From the IMG/VR virus record IMGVR_UViG_3300046171_000252, positions 62,001 to 126,000 of that record: DNA of 64,000 nucleotides. One strand, given 5' to 3'. The stretch's first letter is position 1. The number at the start of each line of letters is the position of its first letter. The position numbers and the translations under genes are program-made. Positions 33,328 to 44,098 of this stretch are shown piece by piece. The notes beneath the pieces are model-generated. The model did not search any database, had not been told where the DNA came from, and worked only from the letters and a program-made list of their open reading frames with translations.

Positions 33328-33342
33328 TTTCGTATTTAAATT

Positions 33343-34992
33343 ATGACTGATAGTGTATACCTAGGTAATCCCAACCTAAAAAAAGCAAATACGCCGATTG
33401 AATTTAGTGAAGAACAAATCATTGAATTCCTCAAGTGTAAAGAAGATCCTGTATATTTTGCAAATAATTATATAAAAATTATTTCTCTGGATGAAGGATT
33501 GACACAGTTCCATCCATATCATTTTCAGAAAAAATTAATTAATAATTTTCATAACAACAGATTTAATATCTGTAAGATGCCACGACAGACTGGTAAATCT
33601 ACAACTGTTATTTCATATCTTCTTCATTATCTTATTTTTAATGATAGTGTCAATATTGGTATTCTTGCAAACAAAGCAGCAACTGCCAGAGAACTTTTAG
33701 CAAGACTTGCAACAGCATATGAGAATCTTCCTAAGTGGATGCAACAGGGCGTATTAGTTTGGAATAAAGGTAATATTGAATTAGAAAACGGAAGTAAAAT
33801 TTTAGCAGCATCTACATCTGCAAGTGCTGTCCGAGGAATGTCATTTAATATTCTATTTCTTGACGAATTTGCATTCGTTCCAAATCATGTTGCAGATTCT
33901 TTCTTTGCATCTGTTTATCCTACTATTACTTCCGGTAAAAACACCAAGGTAATTATCGTATCTACACCACATGGTATGAATCACTTCTACCGTATGTGGC
34001 ACGATGCTGAGAGGGGCAAGAACGAATATATCCCGACTGATGTCCATTGGAGTGAAGTTCCCGGCAGGGATGCCGAATGGAAGGATACTACGATTGCAAA
34101 CACATCTGAACAACAGTTTAAGGTTGAGTTTGAATGCGAATTCTTAGGTTCTGTTAATACACTAATCAATCCATCAAAACTTAGAAACCTTGTATATGAA
34201 GATCCGATAAAAAGAAATGCCGGTCTTGATATCTATGAGAATCCAATAAAGGAACATAATTATATAATGACTGTTGATGTCGCAAGGGGACTTGGAAATG
34301 ATTACTCTGCATTCATAGTCTTTGATACAACAGAATTTCCATATAAAGCTATTGCCAAATACAGAAACAACGAAATAAAACCGATGTTGTTTCCAAATAT
34401 TATTCTTGATGTTGCTAAAGCATATAATCAAGCATACTTAATGATAGAAGTAAATGACATTGGAGATCAGGTTGCAAGTATTCTTCAATACGATTTAGAA
34501 TATCAAAATATTTTAATGGCTTCTATGAGAGGAAGAAATGGTCAGATTGTCGGACAGGGATTTTCTGGAAAGAAAACTCAACTTGGTGTAAGAATGACTG
34601 CCGCAGTTAAAAAATTGGGGTGCTCTAATTTAAAGACACTTTTAGAGGATGATAAGTTACTTACAGTAGATTATGATATTATTTCAGAACTAACTACATT
34701 CTCTCAAAAACATAATTCTTTTGAGGCAGAGGAAGGATGTAATGATGACCTTGCAATGTGTCTTGTTATTTTTTCTTGGTTAGTACAACAAGAATATTTC
34801 AAAGAAATGACTGATCAGGATGTAAGAAAAAGATTGTACGAAGATCAAAGAGACCAGATAGAACAGGACATGGCTCCATTTGGATTTATATCTGATGGAT
34901 TTGAGGATAGTGGTAGTTTTGTAGATAATAATGGAGATCGTTGGCACACTGATGAATATGGCGATAAATCATATATGTGGGATTATATGTGA
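33343..34992 (+). CDS. gp17: Terminase large subunit gp17
   Basis: Walker A PRQTGKST, Walker B LDEFAF, VSTPHG, nuclease DVARG..DYS, NDDL. Confidence 0.96.
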   Translation: MTDSVYLGNPNLKKANTPIEFSEEQIIEFLKCKEDPVYFANNYIKIISLDEGLTQFHPYHFQKKLINNFHNNRFNICKMPRQTGKSTTVISYLLHYLIFNDSVNIGILANKAATARELLARLATAYENLPKWMQQGVLVWNKGNIELENGSKILAASTSASAVRGMSFNILFLDEFAFVPNHVADSFFASVYPTITSGKNTKVIIVSTPHGMNHFYRMWHDAERGKNEYIPTDVHWSEVPGRDAEWKDTTIANTSEQQFKVEFECEFLGSVNTLINPSKLRNLVYEDPIKRNAGLDIYENPIKEHNYIMTVDVARGLGNDYSAFIVFDTTEFPYKAIAKYRNNEIKPMLFPNIILDVAKAYNQAYLMIEVNDIGDQVASILQYDLEYQNILMASMRGRNGQIVGQGFSGKKTQLGVRMTAAVKKLGCSNLKTLLEDDKLLTVDYDIISELTTFSQKHNSFEAEEGCNDDLAMCLVIFSWLVQQEYFKEMTDQDVRKRLYEDQRDQIEQDMAPFGFISDGFEDSGSFVDNNGDRWHTDEYGDKSYMWDYM

Positions 34993-35222
34993 TGGACTTT
35001 GATGATCAACTAGAACTTGAACATCTTCTTTTTTATGAAAGGAAGTGTAGAGTTTGTGGTCAGAAAAAAGATTTAATGGATGGATTTTACTTGATAAGGA
35101 AGGGTAGAGGAACTTTGCCATCGGCATATTCTTATGAATGTAAGGAATGTACGAAAAATAGAATATTGAAAAAAAGAAAAGATAAAGGTTTAAAAAGTGT
35201 GTGGGAATATCCAGATTGGTAA
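34992..35222 (+). CDS. Small Zn-finger protein (CxxC...CxxC)
   Basis: CRVC and CKEC; TGATG coupling to gp17. Confidence 0.65.
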   Translation: MDFDDQLELEHLLFYERKCRVCGQKKDLMDGFYLIRKGRGTLPSAYSYECKECTKNRILKKRKDKGLKSVWEYPDW

Positions 35223-35305
35223 TGTTCATGCATTGTTTCCCCAATGAAAATACCCGTTTTAATAAATATTTTTAGAATAAACTAGGACTGAGAGAGGAAC
35301 TTAAG

Positions 35306-37486
35306 ATGCCGCTAAATTTAGCATCTCCCGGTATTGTCGTAAGAGAAGTAGACCTTACTCAAGGAAGAATTGACTCTTCAACTAATAAGACAGGCGGAAT
35401 GGTTGGTGCCTTTGCACAGGGACCAGTAGAATTGCCAACCCTTGTTGGAAATGAAAATGATTTACTGAATAATTTTGGTCAACCATATGGTTCTGATAAG
35501 CAATATGAGACTTGGATGGTTGCCTCATCATTCTTGGCATATGGTGGGTCATTAAGAATTGTAAGAGCAGATGATGACGATCTGAAGAATGCTGTAGATA
35601 GCAGCAATAGTACTACAAGTATTAAAATTAAGAGTACAGATCATTATGAAGAATTGGGTTATGATGAGAATGTCGTTCCTAATGTAATTGTCACTGGCAA
35701 AAACCCCGGTTCTTGGGCAAATGGAATTAGAGTTGCTATTCTTGATTGTAAGGCAGACCAAATTCTAGAACTTCCTTCTACAGGAATTGCCACGGTAGGA
35801 TTGGGTGTAACTCAGGCAATCAGTAGTGTTCTTCCTGGTGTTGGTGCAGGAACAACTCTTGACGGAGTTCTGAAAGGAATCATTACTCAAGTTGAGGGAG
35901 CACAAGCATACATCAAAGTCGTATCTCATGTTTCTGCTGCAGGAACAGAGACTGCTGTTGATTATCAACAGAACGGAATTTATCAGTTTGGTACATCCAA
36001 TAATATTACAGTTGTTACTAACGCTGGAGTTGCTGCTGCACATACAAGTGTCAATGCAACAGCAGATTGGTTTGATCAACAGACTCTTGCAACTTCAACA
36101 AATAATGTTGGTGTTGGAACCAGTGTAGCAACTATTCAATGGAATATTCTTGCTGATAGACCAGGAACTTCTGATTATGCTTCGGCAAGAGGATCAAGAT
36201 TTGATGAACTTCATGTTGTAGTTCTTGATGGAGACGGAAAAATTACCGGAAATGCCGGAACTGTTCTCGAAAAACATCTAAATCTTTCCAAAGCAAAGGA
36301 TGCAGAGTTCTCCGTTGGTTCTCCTGCTTATTGGAGAAAATATCTAAAAACTAATTCAAACTTCATTTTTGGTGGTGGTGCTCCTACTGGATTAACAACC
36401 ACCGGATTTAGTGCTGCATTCACCGAACAGGGTGATTTTGGTTGGGATCAGAATGCCAAAGGAATTATATTTGGTGCAACTGGAAAACAAGACCTGACTT
36501 TGGTAAACGGTAAAGATTATAATGGTGCTTCCGGAATCGGAACAGTTGATAGTTTGAAAGCAACTGTTTCTAAGTTATCAACAGGATACCAGTTATTCCA
36601 AAATAATGATGCTTATGCAGTAGATTTTCTATTGATGGGTTCGGGAAATCATGGTAAGACAGAAACGCAAAATCTTGCTCAACAAGTTATTGCAGTTGCT
36701 GACATCAGAAAGGATGCAGTCGCATTTATTTCACCTTATAGAGGTGCATTCATAAATGACTCTTCTGCCGGTTCTGTAACCGTTAATAATGATGTTGAGA
36801 TTACTAGCAATGTTCTGAGTTTCTATTCTCCATTAACATCATCATCCTATGCTGTATTTGATAGTGGATACAAGTACATGTATGATAGATTTGCAGATAC
36901 TTTCCGATATGTGCCTCTGAACGGAGATATTGCCGGAACATGTGTCAGAACAGACATTAATAGTTTCCCCTGGTTCTCTCCAGCAGGAACTGCTAGAGGT
37001 GCCATTCTTAATGCAGTTAAACTTACATACAACCCATCAAAAGAACAAAGAGACGTTCTGTATTCCAACAGAATTAACCCAGTCGTATTCCAGGCTGGTT
37101 CAGGAATCGTTCTTTTCGGAGACAAAACAGCACTTGCCAAGTCTTCGGCATTTGATCGCATCAATGTTCGTCGCTTATTCATCTATCTGGAGAATGCCAT
37201 CGAGGCTGCTGCCAGAGATCAATTGTTTGAATTCAATGATGAAATCACGAGAACTAATTTCGTGAATATTGTTGAACCTTTCCTCCGTGATGTAACGGCA
37301 AAGAGAGGTATTCAAGATTACGTTGTTGTCTGCGATGAGACAAACAACACTGCTGCTATTATAGATAATAATGAGTTTGTAGCAGACATTTACGTCAAAC
37401 CAGCAAGATCGATTAACTTCATTGGTCTGACATTTGTTGCCACACGCACAGGTGTCTCATTCGAAGAAGTTATTGGTTCTGTTTAA
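35306..37486 (+). CDS. gp18: Tail sheath protein gp18
   Basis: SPGIVVREVDLT, PWFSPAG, FDRINVRRLF, KPARSINFIGLTF. Confidence 0.96.
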   Translation: MPLNLASPGIVVREVDLTQGRIDSSTNKTGGMVGAFAQGPVELPTLVGNENDLLNNFGQPYGSDKQYETWMVASSFLAYGGSLRIVRADDDDLKNAVDSSNSTTSIKIKSTDHYEELGYDENVVPNVIVTGKNPGSWANGIRVAILDCKADQILELPSTGIATVGLGVTQAISSVLPGVGAGTTLDGVLKGIITQVEGAQAYIKVVSHVSAAGTETAVDYQQNGIYQFGTSNNITVVTNAGVAAAHTSVNATADWFDQQTLATSTNNVGVGTSVATIQWNILADRPGTSDYASARGSRFDELHVVVLDGDGKITGNAGTVLEKHLNLSKAKDAEFSVGSPAYWRKYLKTNSNFIFGGGAPTGLTTTGFSAAFTEQGDFGWDQNAKGIIFGATGKQDLTLVNGKDYNGASGIGTVDSLKATVSKLSTGYQLFQNNDAYAVDFLLMGSGNHGKTETQNLAQQVIAVADIRKDAVAFISPYRGAFINDSSAGSVTVNNDVEITSNVLSFYSPLTSSSYAVFDSGYKYMYDRFADTFRYVPLNGDIAGTCVRTDINSFPWFSPAGTARGAILNAVKLTYNPSKEQRDVLYSNRINPVVFQAGSGIVLFGDKTALAKSSAFDRINVRRLFIYLENAIEAAARDQLFEFNDEITRTNFVNIVEPFLRDVTAKRGIQDYVVVCDETNNTAAIIDNNEFVADIYVKPARSINFIGLTFVATRTGVSFEEVIGSV

Positions 37487-37519
37487 TTCTACTTAATTAC
37501 AAACGAGGTTTAAAGAAAA

Positions 37520-38113
37520 ATGCCTACTCGCCAGCAACTAAACACCACTCCACTAAGAACAATTAGTGATTTCAAAAGTAGATTATCGGGTGGTGGAGCA
37601 AGACCAAATCTATTTGAAGTAGAATTAGCATTCCCGGATGCTGTTGCAATTAATAATGATGTTTTGCAGAAAGCAAGATTCCTTGTGAAAGCAGCTGCTC
37701 TTCCAGCATCTACCATTGCTCCTATCGATGTTCCATTCAGAGGGCGTATCTTAAAGATTGCCGGAGACAGAACTTTCGAAACTTGGACAATTACCGTCAT
37801 CAACGACACTGATTTCTCCATTCGCTCTGCCTTTGAGAAATGGATGAATACAATTAACAAAATGTCGGATGCAACAGGTGTTGTGGATCCAGAAGCATAT
37901 CAAAAAGATGCTACTGTGAAACAATTAGATCGTGATGGTTCTGTTCTTAGATCCTATAAGTTCTGGGATATTTTCCCAACTAATATTTCTACAATTGACT
38001 TAAGTTACGAAACAACTGATACTCTTGAAGAGTTTACAGTTGAACTTCAAGTTCAGTGGTGGGAAGCATATAGAGGAACTTCACCAGCAGCAGGTGGTGA
38101 AAATATCAGCTAA
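37520..38113 (+). CDS. gp19: Tail tube protein gp19
   Basis: GGARPNLFEV, FRGRILKIAGDRTFETWT. Confidence 0.95.
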   Translation: MPTRQQLNTTPLRTISDFKSRLSGGGARPNLFEVELAFPDAVAINNDVLQKARFLVKAAALPASTIAPIDVPFRGRILKIAGDRTFETWTITVINDTDFSIRSAFEKWMNTINKMSDATGVVDPEAYQKDATVKQLDRDGSVLRSYKFWDIFPTNISTIDLSYETTDTLEEFTVELQVQWWEAYRGTSPAAGGENIS

Positions 38114-38142
38114 ATAGTCAAACAGAGTAAAACTACTATAAT

Positions 38143-39816
38143 ATGGCCAAACTTTTTGGTTTTTCTATTGGGGACAAAGAAAAAAAATCTGCTTCCATAG
38201 TTTCCCCCGTTCCCGCTAATAACGAGGACGGGGTTGATAACTTTGTTGCAAGTAGTTTTTATGGTTCCTATGTAGATATTGAAGGTGCATACAGAAATGA
38301 GTCGGAACTAATAAAAAGATATCGTGAAATGGCACTTCATCCAGAAGCGGATGGTGCCATTGAAGATGTTATTAGTGAAGCAATTGTAAGTGATTTGTAT
38401 GACTCACCGATTGAAATTGAACTCAGCAATCTAAATGCTAGTGATAAATTAAAAAAAGCAATTAGAGAAGAATTTAAAACAATTAAAGAAATAATGGACT
38501 TTGATTCAAAGTCTCATGAAATTTTTAGGAATTGGTATGTTGATGGAAGACTTTATTACTTAAAAGTAATTGATGTCAAAAAACCAGAAGAAGGAATCAA
38601 AGATTTAAGATATATTGATCCAATGAAGATGAAGTTTGTTCGTCAGGAGAAAAAACCTGATAAGAACACTGCCATAACTTTAAGATCAAATAGAGATGAA
38701 GATGCATCAAATGCATTGTCTCCAGAAATTGAAGAATATTTTGTCTATACACCAAAACCAAGTTATCCATCAAATTCTCTATCTGGAGGAGGTGGTGGTA
38801 AAGGAGTCAAAATTGCAAAAGATTCTGTCACTTATGTTACATCAGGACTTGTAGATCGTAACAAAGGAACAGTTCTTTCTTATCTTCACAAAGCAATCAA
38901 GGCACTCAATCAACTGAGAATGATTGAAGATTCTTTGGTCATCTATAGATTATCAAGAGCACCAGAGCGTCGTATTTTCTATATCGATGTTGGCAATCTT
39001 CCCAAAGTAAAAGCAGAGCAATACCTCAAAGAGGTCATGTCTCGCTATAGAAATAAACTCGTCTATGATGCGAACACCGGAGAAATCCGTGATGATCGTA
39101 AATTTATGAGCATGATGGAAGACTTCTGGTTGCCTCGTAGAGAAGGTGGTCGTGGAACTGAAATCACAACTCTTCCTGGTGGACAAAACTTAGGAGAACT
39201 TGCTGATATTGAATATTTCCAAAAGAAACTTTATAGAGCACTTGGAGTTCCAGAATCAAGAATTGCTGCCGATGGTGGATTTAATCTTGGTCGTTCTTCA
39301 GAAATTCTTCGTGATGAACTTAAGTTTTCTAAGTTTGTTGGAAGACTGAGAAAGCGTTTTGCAAACATGTTTAATGACATGTTGAGAACTCAATTGATTC
39401 TAAAAAATATTTGTACTCCAGAAGATTGGAATCAAATTAGTGATCATATTCAATATGATTTTCTTTATGATAATCAGTTTGCAGAATTAAAAGAAACTGA
39501 AATGATGAATGAGCGTTTAGGAACGCTTGCAACAATTGAACCTTACATCGGCAAATTCTACTCAAATGAATATGTTCGTAAAAAGATTCTTCGCCAAACT
39601 GATGCTGAAATTATTGAAATTGATGAGCAAATTCAAAAAGAAATTGAAGATGGAATTATTCCAGACCCCAATGCTATTGATCCTATAACAGGAGAACCAT
39701 TACCTGCAGAAGGTGGGGATATTGGAGCAATGGGCGATGTCCCAATGGAACCAGAAATTGATGGTGGTATCACTGATGCAGAGATGCAAAAAGATACTAA
39801 AAAAGCAGAGATATAA
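38143..39816 (+). CDS. gp20: Portal protein gp20
   Basis: YRLSRAPERRIFYIDVGNLP, EDFWLPRREGGRGTEITTLPGG. Confidence 0.97.
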   Translation: MAKLFGFSIGDKEKKSASIVSPVPANNEDGVDNFVASSFYGSYVDIEGAYRNESELIKRYREMALHPEADGAIEDVISEAIVSDLYDSPIEIELSNLNASDKLKKAIREEFKTIKEIMDFDSKSHEIFRNWYVDGRLYYLKVIDVKKPEEGIKDLRYIDPMKMKFVRQEKKPDKNTAITLRSNRDEDASNALSPEIEEYFVYTPKPSYPSNSLSGGGGGKGVKIAKDSVTYVTSGLVDRNKGTVLSYLHKAIKALNQLRMIEDSLVIYRLSRAPERRIFYIDVGNLPKVKAEQYLKEVMSRYRNKLVYDANTGEIRDDRKFMSMMEDFWLPRREGGRGTEITTLPGGQNLGELADIEYFQKKLYRALGVPESRIAADGGFNLGRSSEILRDELKFSKFVGRLRKRFANMFNDMLRTQLILKNICTPEDWNQISDHIQYDFLYDNQFAELKETEMMNERLGTLATIEPYIGKFYSNEYVRKKILRQTDAEIIEIDEQIQKEIEDGIIPDPNAIDPITGEPLPAEGGDIGAMGDVPMEPEIDGGITDAEMQKDTKKAEI

Positions 39817-39819
39817 ATA
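39812..39819 (+). promoter_or_regulatory. Late promoter TATAAATA
   Basis: Exact consensus overlapping the gp20 stop. Confidence 0.7.
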
Positions 39820-39845
39820 ACTGAATAGGACTTATATTAATTTTT

Positions 39846-40028
39846 ATGGAAGAAATTGTAGATTTGATTGCTGTCGATTCGTCGGCAGCAGAAGTCAGTG
39901 ATAAAATTAAAGATCTTTTATACACAAAAGCAACTGAAAGGATTGATAATCTCAAACCAGAAGTTGCATCTTCTATGTTCGGTGAAGTAGAACCTGAGGA
40001 CCAATCATCATCTGAGGATCAAGAATAA
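39846..40028 (+). CDS. Small acidic prohead core protein (gp67-like by position)
   Basis: Between gp20 and gp21, acidic, VASSMF motif. Confidence 0.6.
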   Translation: MEEIVDLIAVDSSAAEVSDKIKDLLYTKATERIDNLKPEVASSMFGEVEPEDQSSSEDQE

Positions 40029-40603
40029 TGGCACATAAACCGGTAGGAAGCGGAGTATCCTTTGCTGCTTCTGCAGCAACAGCGACATCTGGTATCATGA
40101 CTCATTTTACCGATACTGTTAGGATAACTGCTTTTGGTGGAGATGCACATGTTGTAACTGGGATTGATCCTACTGCTTCACGTTTTAACTATTATATTCC
40201 AACAGGTACTTCGGCAACACTGAGTATTGGAAGACCAAAATCGCAAAAAGTTGTTGGTGTCACAACTGGTGCTACTACAACTATTGATTTTCCTGCAGGA
40301 AGTGGAAGTCCATTCGAAGTTGGAGATAAAGTTCAACTGACTGGAATTGTTCCTGCCGGTGCTAATGGTGGTACTTCGGGAATAGGACTTACAGTTCTTT
40401 CAGTTCTCAATGGATCTTTCAGTAGAAATTCCAACGGAGATCCCGGATTTTTCAGCACAAGACTTACTCTTGCTCACAACACTACTAGTGTAGGACCAAT
40501 CACTGATGGTGAAGGCGAACTGAGAGATGTTTTCCAAGTAGCAGCAGTTGGAACTGCTTCGGGTATATATGTCCAACAAGTTCAAATTACCGGAGTAGCC
40601 TGA
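40028..40603 (+). CDS. Hypothetical virion protein
   Basis: 191 aa, beta-rich, translationally coupled within the head operon. Confidence 0.65.
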   Translation: MAHKPVGSGVSFAASAATATSGIMTHFTDTVRITAFGGDAHVVTGIDPTASRFNYYIPTGTSATLSIGRPKSQKVVGVTTGATTTIDFPAGSGSPFEVGDKVQLTGIVPAGANGGTSGIGLTVLSVLNGSFSRNSNGDPGFFSTRLTLAHNTTSVGPITDGEGELRDVFQVAAVGTASGIYVQQVQITGVA

Positions 40604-41253
40604 TGAAACTAATCACGGAAGAAATTTCTAGCGTCAAATTTGTCACCGAAGGCAAAGGTTCTAGTAAAAAGATGTATATTGAGGGGACTTTCCTTCAGGG
40701 CGAAATTAAGAATCGCAATGGAAGAATGTATCCTGTTTCAACTCTTGCAAAAGAGGTTGGAAGATATAACGAATCATTCGTCAATAAAGGACGTGCTCTT
40801 GGAGAACTTGGACACCCCGATGGTCCTACTGTCAATTTAGATCGTGTTTCCCATAAGATTGTTTCTCTCCGTCAGGAAGGAAATAATTTTGTAGGTAAAG
40901 CACAACTGCTTGATACTCCGATGGGTAAGATTGCAAAATCACTTCTTGATGAAGGTGTGATGCTTGGCGTCTCTTCTCGTGGTATTGGTTCCATTAAAGA
41001 AGATACTAATGGTGTCAAAGTTGTAGGCGAAGATTTCATGTTGGCAACTGCTGCTGATATCGTTGCCGATCCTTCTGCACCTGATGCATTTGTATCAGGA
41101 ATTATGGAAGGAAAAGAGTGGATTTGGGAAGGAGGAATCCTTCGCGAACAACTTGCAGAAAGAACACAACAGAGAATTAATACTCTCGTTTCTCAAAAAA
41201 GACTTGAGGAACATAAGCTGGAGTTATTTAATAATTTCCTCTCAAATCTTTAA
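40603..41253 (+). CDS. gp21: Prohead protease gp21
   Basis: NRNGRMYP, ALGELGHP, GVSSRG, DIVADPSAPDAFV. Confidence 0.96.
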   Translation: MKLITEEISSVKFVTEGKGSSKKMYIEGTFLQGEIKNRNGRMYPVSTLAKEVGRYNESFVNKGRALGELGHPDGPTVNLDRVSHKIVSLRQEGNNFVGKAQLLDTPMGKIAKSLLDEGVMLGVSSRGIGSIKEDTNGVKVVGEDFMLATAADIVADPSAPDAFVSGIMEGKEWIWEGGILREQLAERTQQRINTLVSQKRLEEHKLELFNNFLSNL

Positions 41254-41255
41254 AT

Positions 41256-41263
41256 TATAAATA
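41256..41263 (+). promoter_or_regulatory. Late promoter TATAAATA
   Basis: Exact consensus upstream of gp22. Confidence 0.75.
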
Positions 41264-41282
41264 AATATAGATTAATACAATC

Positions 41283-42434
41283 ATGTCTAATCAAATGTCC
41301 GTTGGTAGCAATTTACAAGAAATGGAAAACGTAGTAACTAAAAACGCTGCGCCTGGAGAACCAATGCAGAAGTTAACCACAGGTGGTACTCCTGCTACGT
41401 ATGAGGATCTAGGTGGGCCGACCCCAGAAAACTCTAGACCCGATGACGATTCTAACAAACTCGCCACTCCTGGTGCATCTCTTAAACAAGTTAGAGATGT
41501 TGTAAACAAAGGTGCCAAACCTGCGGAAACTGCAAAAGGCATGAAGGAAGAGGAAACTGAAGTAGAAGTAGAAGAGGATCAAGAAATTGTATCCGAAGAG
41601 GAAACAACCGAAGAAGAAGTAGTCTCCGAAGAAGAGACCACTGAAGAAGAAGTTGTTGCCGAAACTACTGAAGATTCAGAAGAAGCAATTGTCGAGGAAG
41701 AAGTAATTGATGTTGAAGAAGACATCAATGCTCTTATTTCTGGAGAAGAACTTTCCGAAGAATTCCAAGAAAAGGCACGCACCATCTTTGAAGCAGCAAT
41801 TAGAACTAAGATTGCAGAAATCAAAGAAGAGATGAAGTCTGAGTATGAGAATTCTCTTGTAGAGGAAGTTGCTGCTGTTAAGGCAGAACTCTCCGAGCGT
41901 ACCGACGCTTATCTTGAGTATGTTGCTGATGAGTGGATTTCTGAAAATCAACTCGCAGTTGAGCACGGTCTTAAGACCGAAATGACCGAATCATTCCTTA
42001 CTGGAATGAGAGGACTTTTTGAAGATCATTATGTAACTATCCCTGAAGAAAAATATGATGTAATTCATAGTATGGTAGAAAAACTTGATGAAATGGAAGA
42101 TAAACTCAATGAGCAAATCAATAAGAACGTTGCTCTAAACAAAAGATTATCAGAATCGGTTGCCGATGTAATCCTTGCGGATGTATCAGAGGGTCTTGCT
42201 CTCTCCCAAAAGGAAAAACTCGCTTCTCTTGCTGAAAATGTTGAGTTTGAAAGTGAATCTAACTATCGTGAAAAACTGGCAACGCTGAGAGATTCTTATT
42301 TCTCTGCTAATTCCAGCGCACAGAGAAACCATTCAGAAAATATTTCTGAAGGTACAGAAGGAGGACATCAACCAGAAGTGTCTGGATTGATGGAATCATA
42401 TCTTCAGACTCTGAATAGAGTTTCGAAAAAGTGA
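41283..42434 (+). CDS. gp22: Prohead scaffold protein gp22
   Basis: LSEEFQEKARTIFEAA, YLEYVADEW, Glu-rich repeats. Confidence 0.93.
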   Translation: MSNQMSVGSNLQEMENVVTKNAAPGEPMQKLTTGGTPATYEDLGGPTPENSRPDDDSNKLATPGASLKQVRDVVNKGAKPAETAKGMKEEETEVEVEEDQEIVSEEETTEEEVVSEEETTEEEVVAETTEDSEEAIVEEEVIDVEEDINALISGEELSEEFQEKARTIFEAAIRTKIAEIKEEMKSEYENSLVEEVAAVKAELSERTDAYLEYVADEWISENQLAVEHGLKTEMTESFLTGMRGLFEDHYVTIPEEKYDVIHSMVEKLDEMEDKLNEQINKNVALNKRLSESVADVILADVSEGLALSQKEKLASLAENVEFESESNYREKLATLRDSYFSANSSAQRNHSENISEGTEGGHQPEVSGLMESYLQTLNRVSKK

Positions 42435-42489
42435 TTTTTTAAATTATTAACAACAAACAAAACAAAAAAATTTAAGAGGCAAAATTCAA

Positions 42490-43863
42490 ATGCAAATGTT
42501 CAACGCCGAACAACTGCAGGAGAAGTGGGCACCAATCCTTAATCATGACGGTCTCGGAGAAATCCAAGATCCTCATAAGAGAATGGTTACCTCAGTTCTT
42601 CTGGAGAACCAAGAAAAAATGCTTAGAGAGGAATCTGAATTCCTCGGAGAAGCAGCTCCTGCTAACTCCACCACTGGTGGTACTGGAGCAATCAGTAATT
42701 TCGACCCCGTTCTGATCTCCCTGATCAGACGCTCCATGCCTAACCTGGTCGCTTATGACCTGGCTGGCGTTCAACCGATGAACGGTCCTACTGGACTGAT
42801 CTTCGCAATGCGCTCTCGCTATGCCGGACAAGGCGGTGAAGAGGCATTCTACAACGAAGCAGATACCGCATTCTCTGGTCAGAATAACAACTTCGACCTG
42901 ACCGGTGGAATGACTCAGGCTGCTGTTGGTTTGGGTACTACCAACCAGCAAGGAACCAACCCTGGTGCTCTTGACGGCACTTTCCCTGCTACTGCTGATG
43001 GCACTACCTACAACGTAGGCAACGGCATGACCACCCAGAATGCGGAAGCATTGGGTGATGGCACGAGCAATGAGTTCAACGAGATGGCTTTCTCGATTGA
43101 GAAAGTTACCGTTACTGCCAAGTCACGCGCTCTGAAAGCTGAGTATTCACTCGAACTCGCTCAGGACTTGAAAGCAATTCATGGTCTGAATGCTGAAGCG
43201 GAACTCGCAAACATTCTCTCCACTGAGATTCTTGCTGAGATCAACCGCGAAGTCATCAGAACCATCTATAACGTTGCTGTTCCTGGTGCTCAGGCTAATG
43301 TTGCAACCGGTGGTACTTTCGACCTTGACATCGACTCTAACGGACGTTGGTCTGTTGAGAAGTTCAAGGGTCTCATCTTCCAGATGGAAAGAGATGCTAA
43401 CGCTATCGCGCAGCAAACTCGTAGAGGAAAGGGTAATATGATCCTCTGCTCTGCTGACGTTGCTTCTGCACTCACCATGGCAGGTGTTCTTGATTACACC
43501 CCTGCACTCAACGCTAATCTTAACGTTGACGACTCCGGTAACACCTTCGCTGGTGTTCTTCAAGGCAAGTATCGCGTCTACATCGATCCTTATGCCGCTA
43601 ACGTTTCTGCTAACCAGTACTACGTTGTTGGTTATAAAGGTTCTTCACCTTATGACGCAGGTCTGTTCTACTGCCCTTACGTTCCTCTTCAGATGGTTCG
43701 TGCAGTTGGAGAGAACACCTTCCAGCCTAAAATCGGATTCAAGACTCGCTACGGCATGGTCGCAAACCCATTCGCCCGTGGCGCTTCAATGGATAACCCT
43801 GGTGTTATCGCTCGTAACTCTAACCGCTACTATCGTCGCGTTAAAGTCACCAACCTTATGTGA
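42490..43863 (+). CDS. gp23: Major capsid protein gp23
   Basis: GVQPMNGPTGLIFAMRSRY, AEYSLELAQDLKAIHG, FQPKIGFKTRYG. Confidence 0.98.
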   Translation: MQMFNAEQLQEKWAPILNHDGLGEIQDPHKRMVTSVLLENQEKMLREESEFLGEAAPANSTTGGTGAISNFDPVLISLIRRSMPNLVAYDLAGVQPMNGPTGLIFAMRSRYAGQGGEEAFYNEADTAFSGQNNNFDLTGGMTQAAVGLGTTNQQGTNPGALDGTFPATADGTTYNVGNGMTTQNAEALGDGTSNEFNEMAFSIEKVTVTAKSRALKAEYSLELAQDLKAIHGLNAEAELANILSTEILAEINREVIRTIYNVAVPGAQANVATGGTFDLDIDSNGRWSVEKFKGLIFQMERDANAIAQQTRRGKGNMILCSADVASALTMAGVLDYTPALNANLNVDDSGNTFAGVLQGKYRVYIDPYAANVSANQYYVVGYKGSSPYDAGLFYCPYVPLQMVRAVGENTFQPKIGFKTRYGMVANPFARGASMDNPGVIARNSNRYYRRVKVTNLM

Positions 43864-43887
43864 TCCATCGGATACACAAAGTTCATC

Positions 43888-43913
43888 AGACCTCCGCAAG
43901 GGGGTCTTTTTTT
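43888..43913 (+). terminator. Intrinsic terminator after gp23
   Basis: agacctcc-gcaa-gggggtct (GNRA loop) followed by a T run. Confidence 0.9.
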
Positions 43914-43942
43914 GTCTAAATACAGATAAAAGCATTCTTGAA

Positions 43943-44098
43943 ATGAAACCGACACCTAGAGAGCATAAAGAAGCACTAAACCGTCATGCTACACTTGTTC
44001 AGCATTTGATTGATGAAGGTTATGCTCAAGATGAAGAGTCTGCAAATAATATTATCATGGGTATGAGTGAACAGTGGTATTCCTTGATTATTGACTGA
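43943..44098 (+). CDS. Small head-associated hypothetical protein (LIDEGYA...MSEQW module), 51 aa
   Basis: ATG at 43943 after a CTAAATA late-promoter variant (43916-43922); the real part of track ORF 43460-44098. Confidence 0.6.
   Translation: MKPTPREHKEALNRHATLVQHLIDEGYAQDEESANNIIMGMSEQWYSLIID

Noticed and set aside
43460-44098. 212-aa +1-frame ORF overlapping gp23, suggesting a frameshift-extended capsid protein
   Set aside because: A strong terminator and a separate late promoter lie between gp23 and ATG 43943; no shift site was identified; the upstream part looks like a shadow frame.
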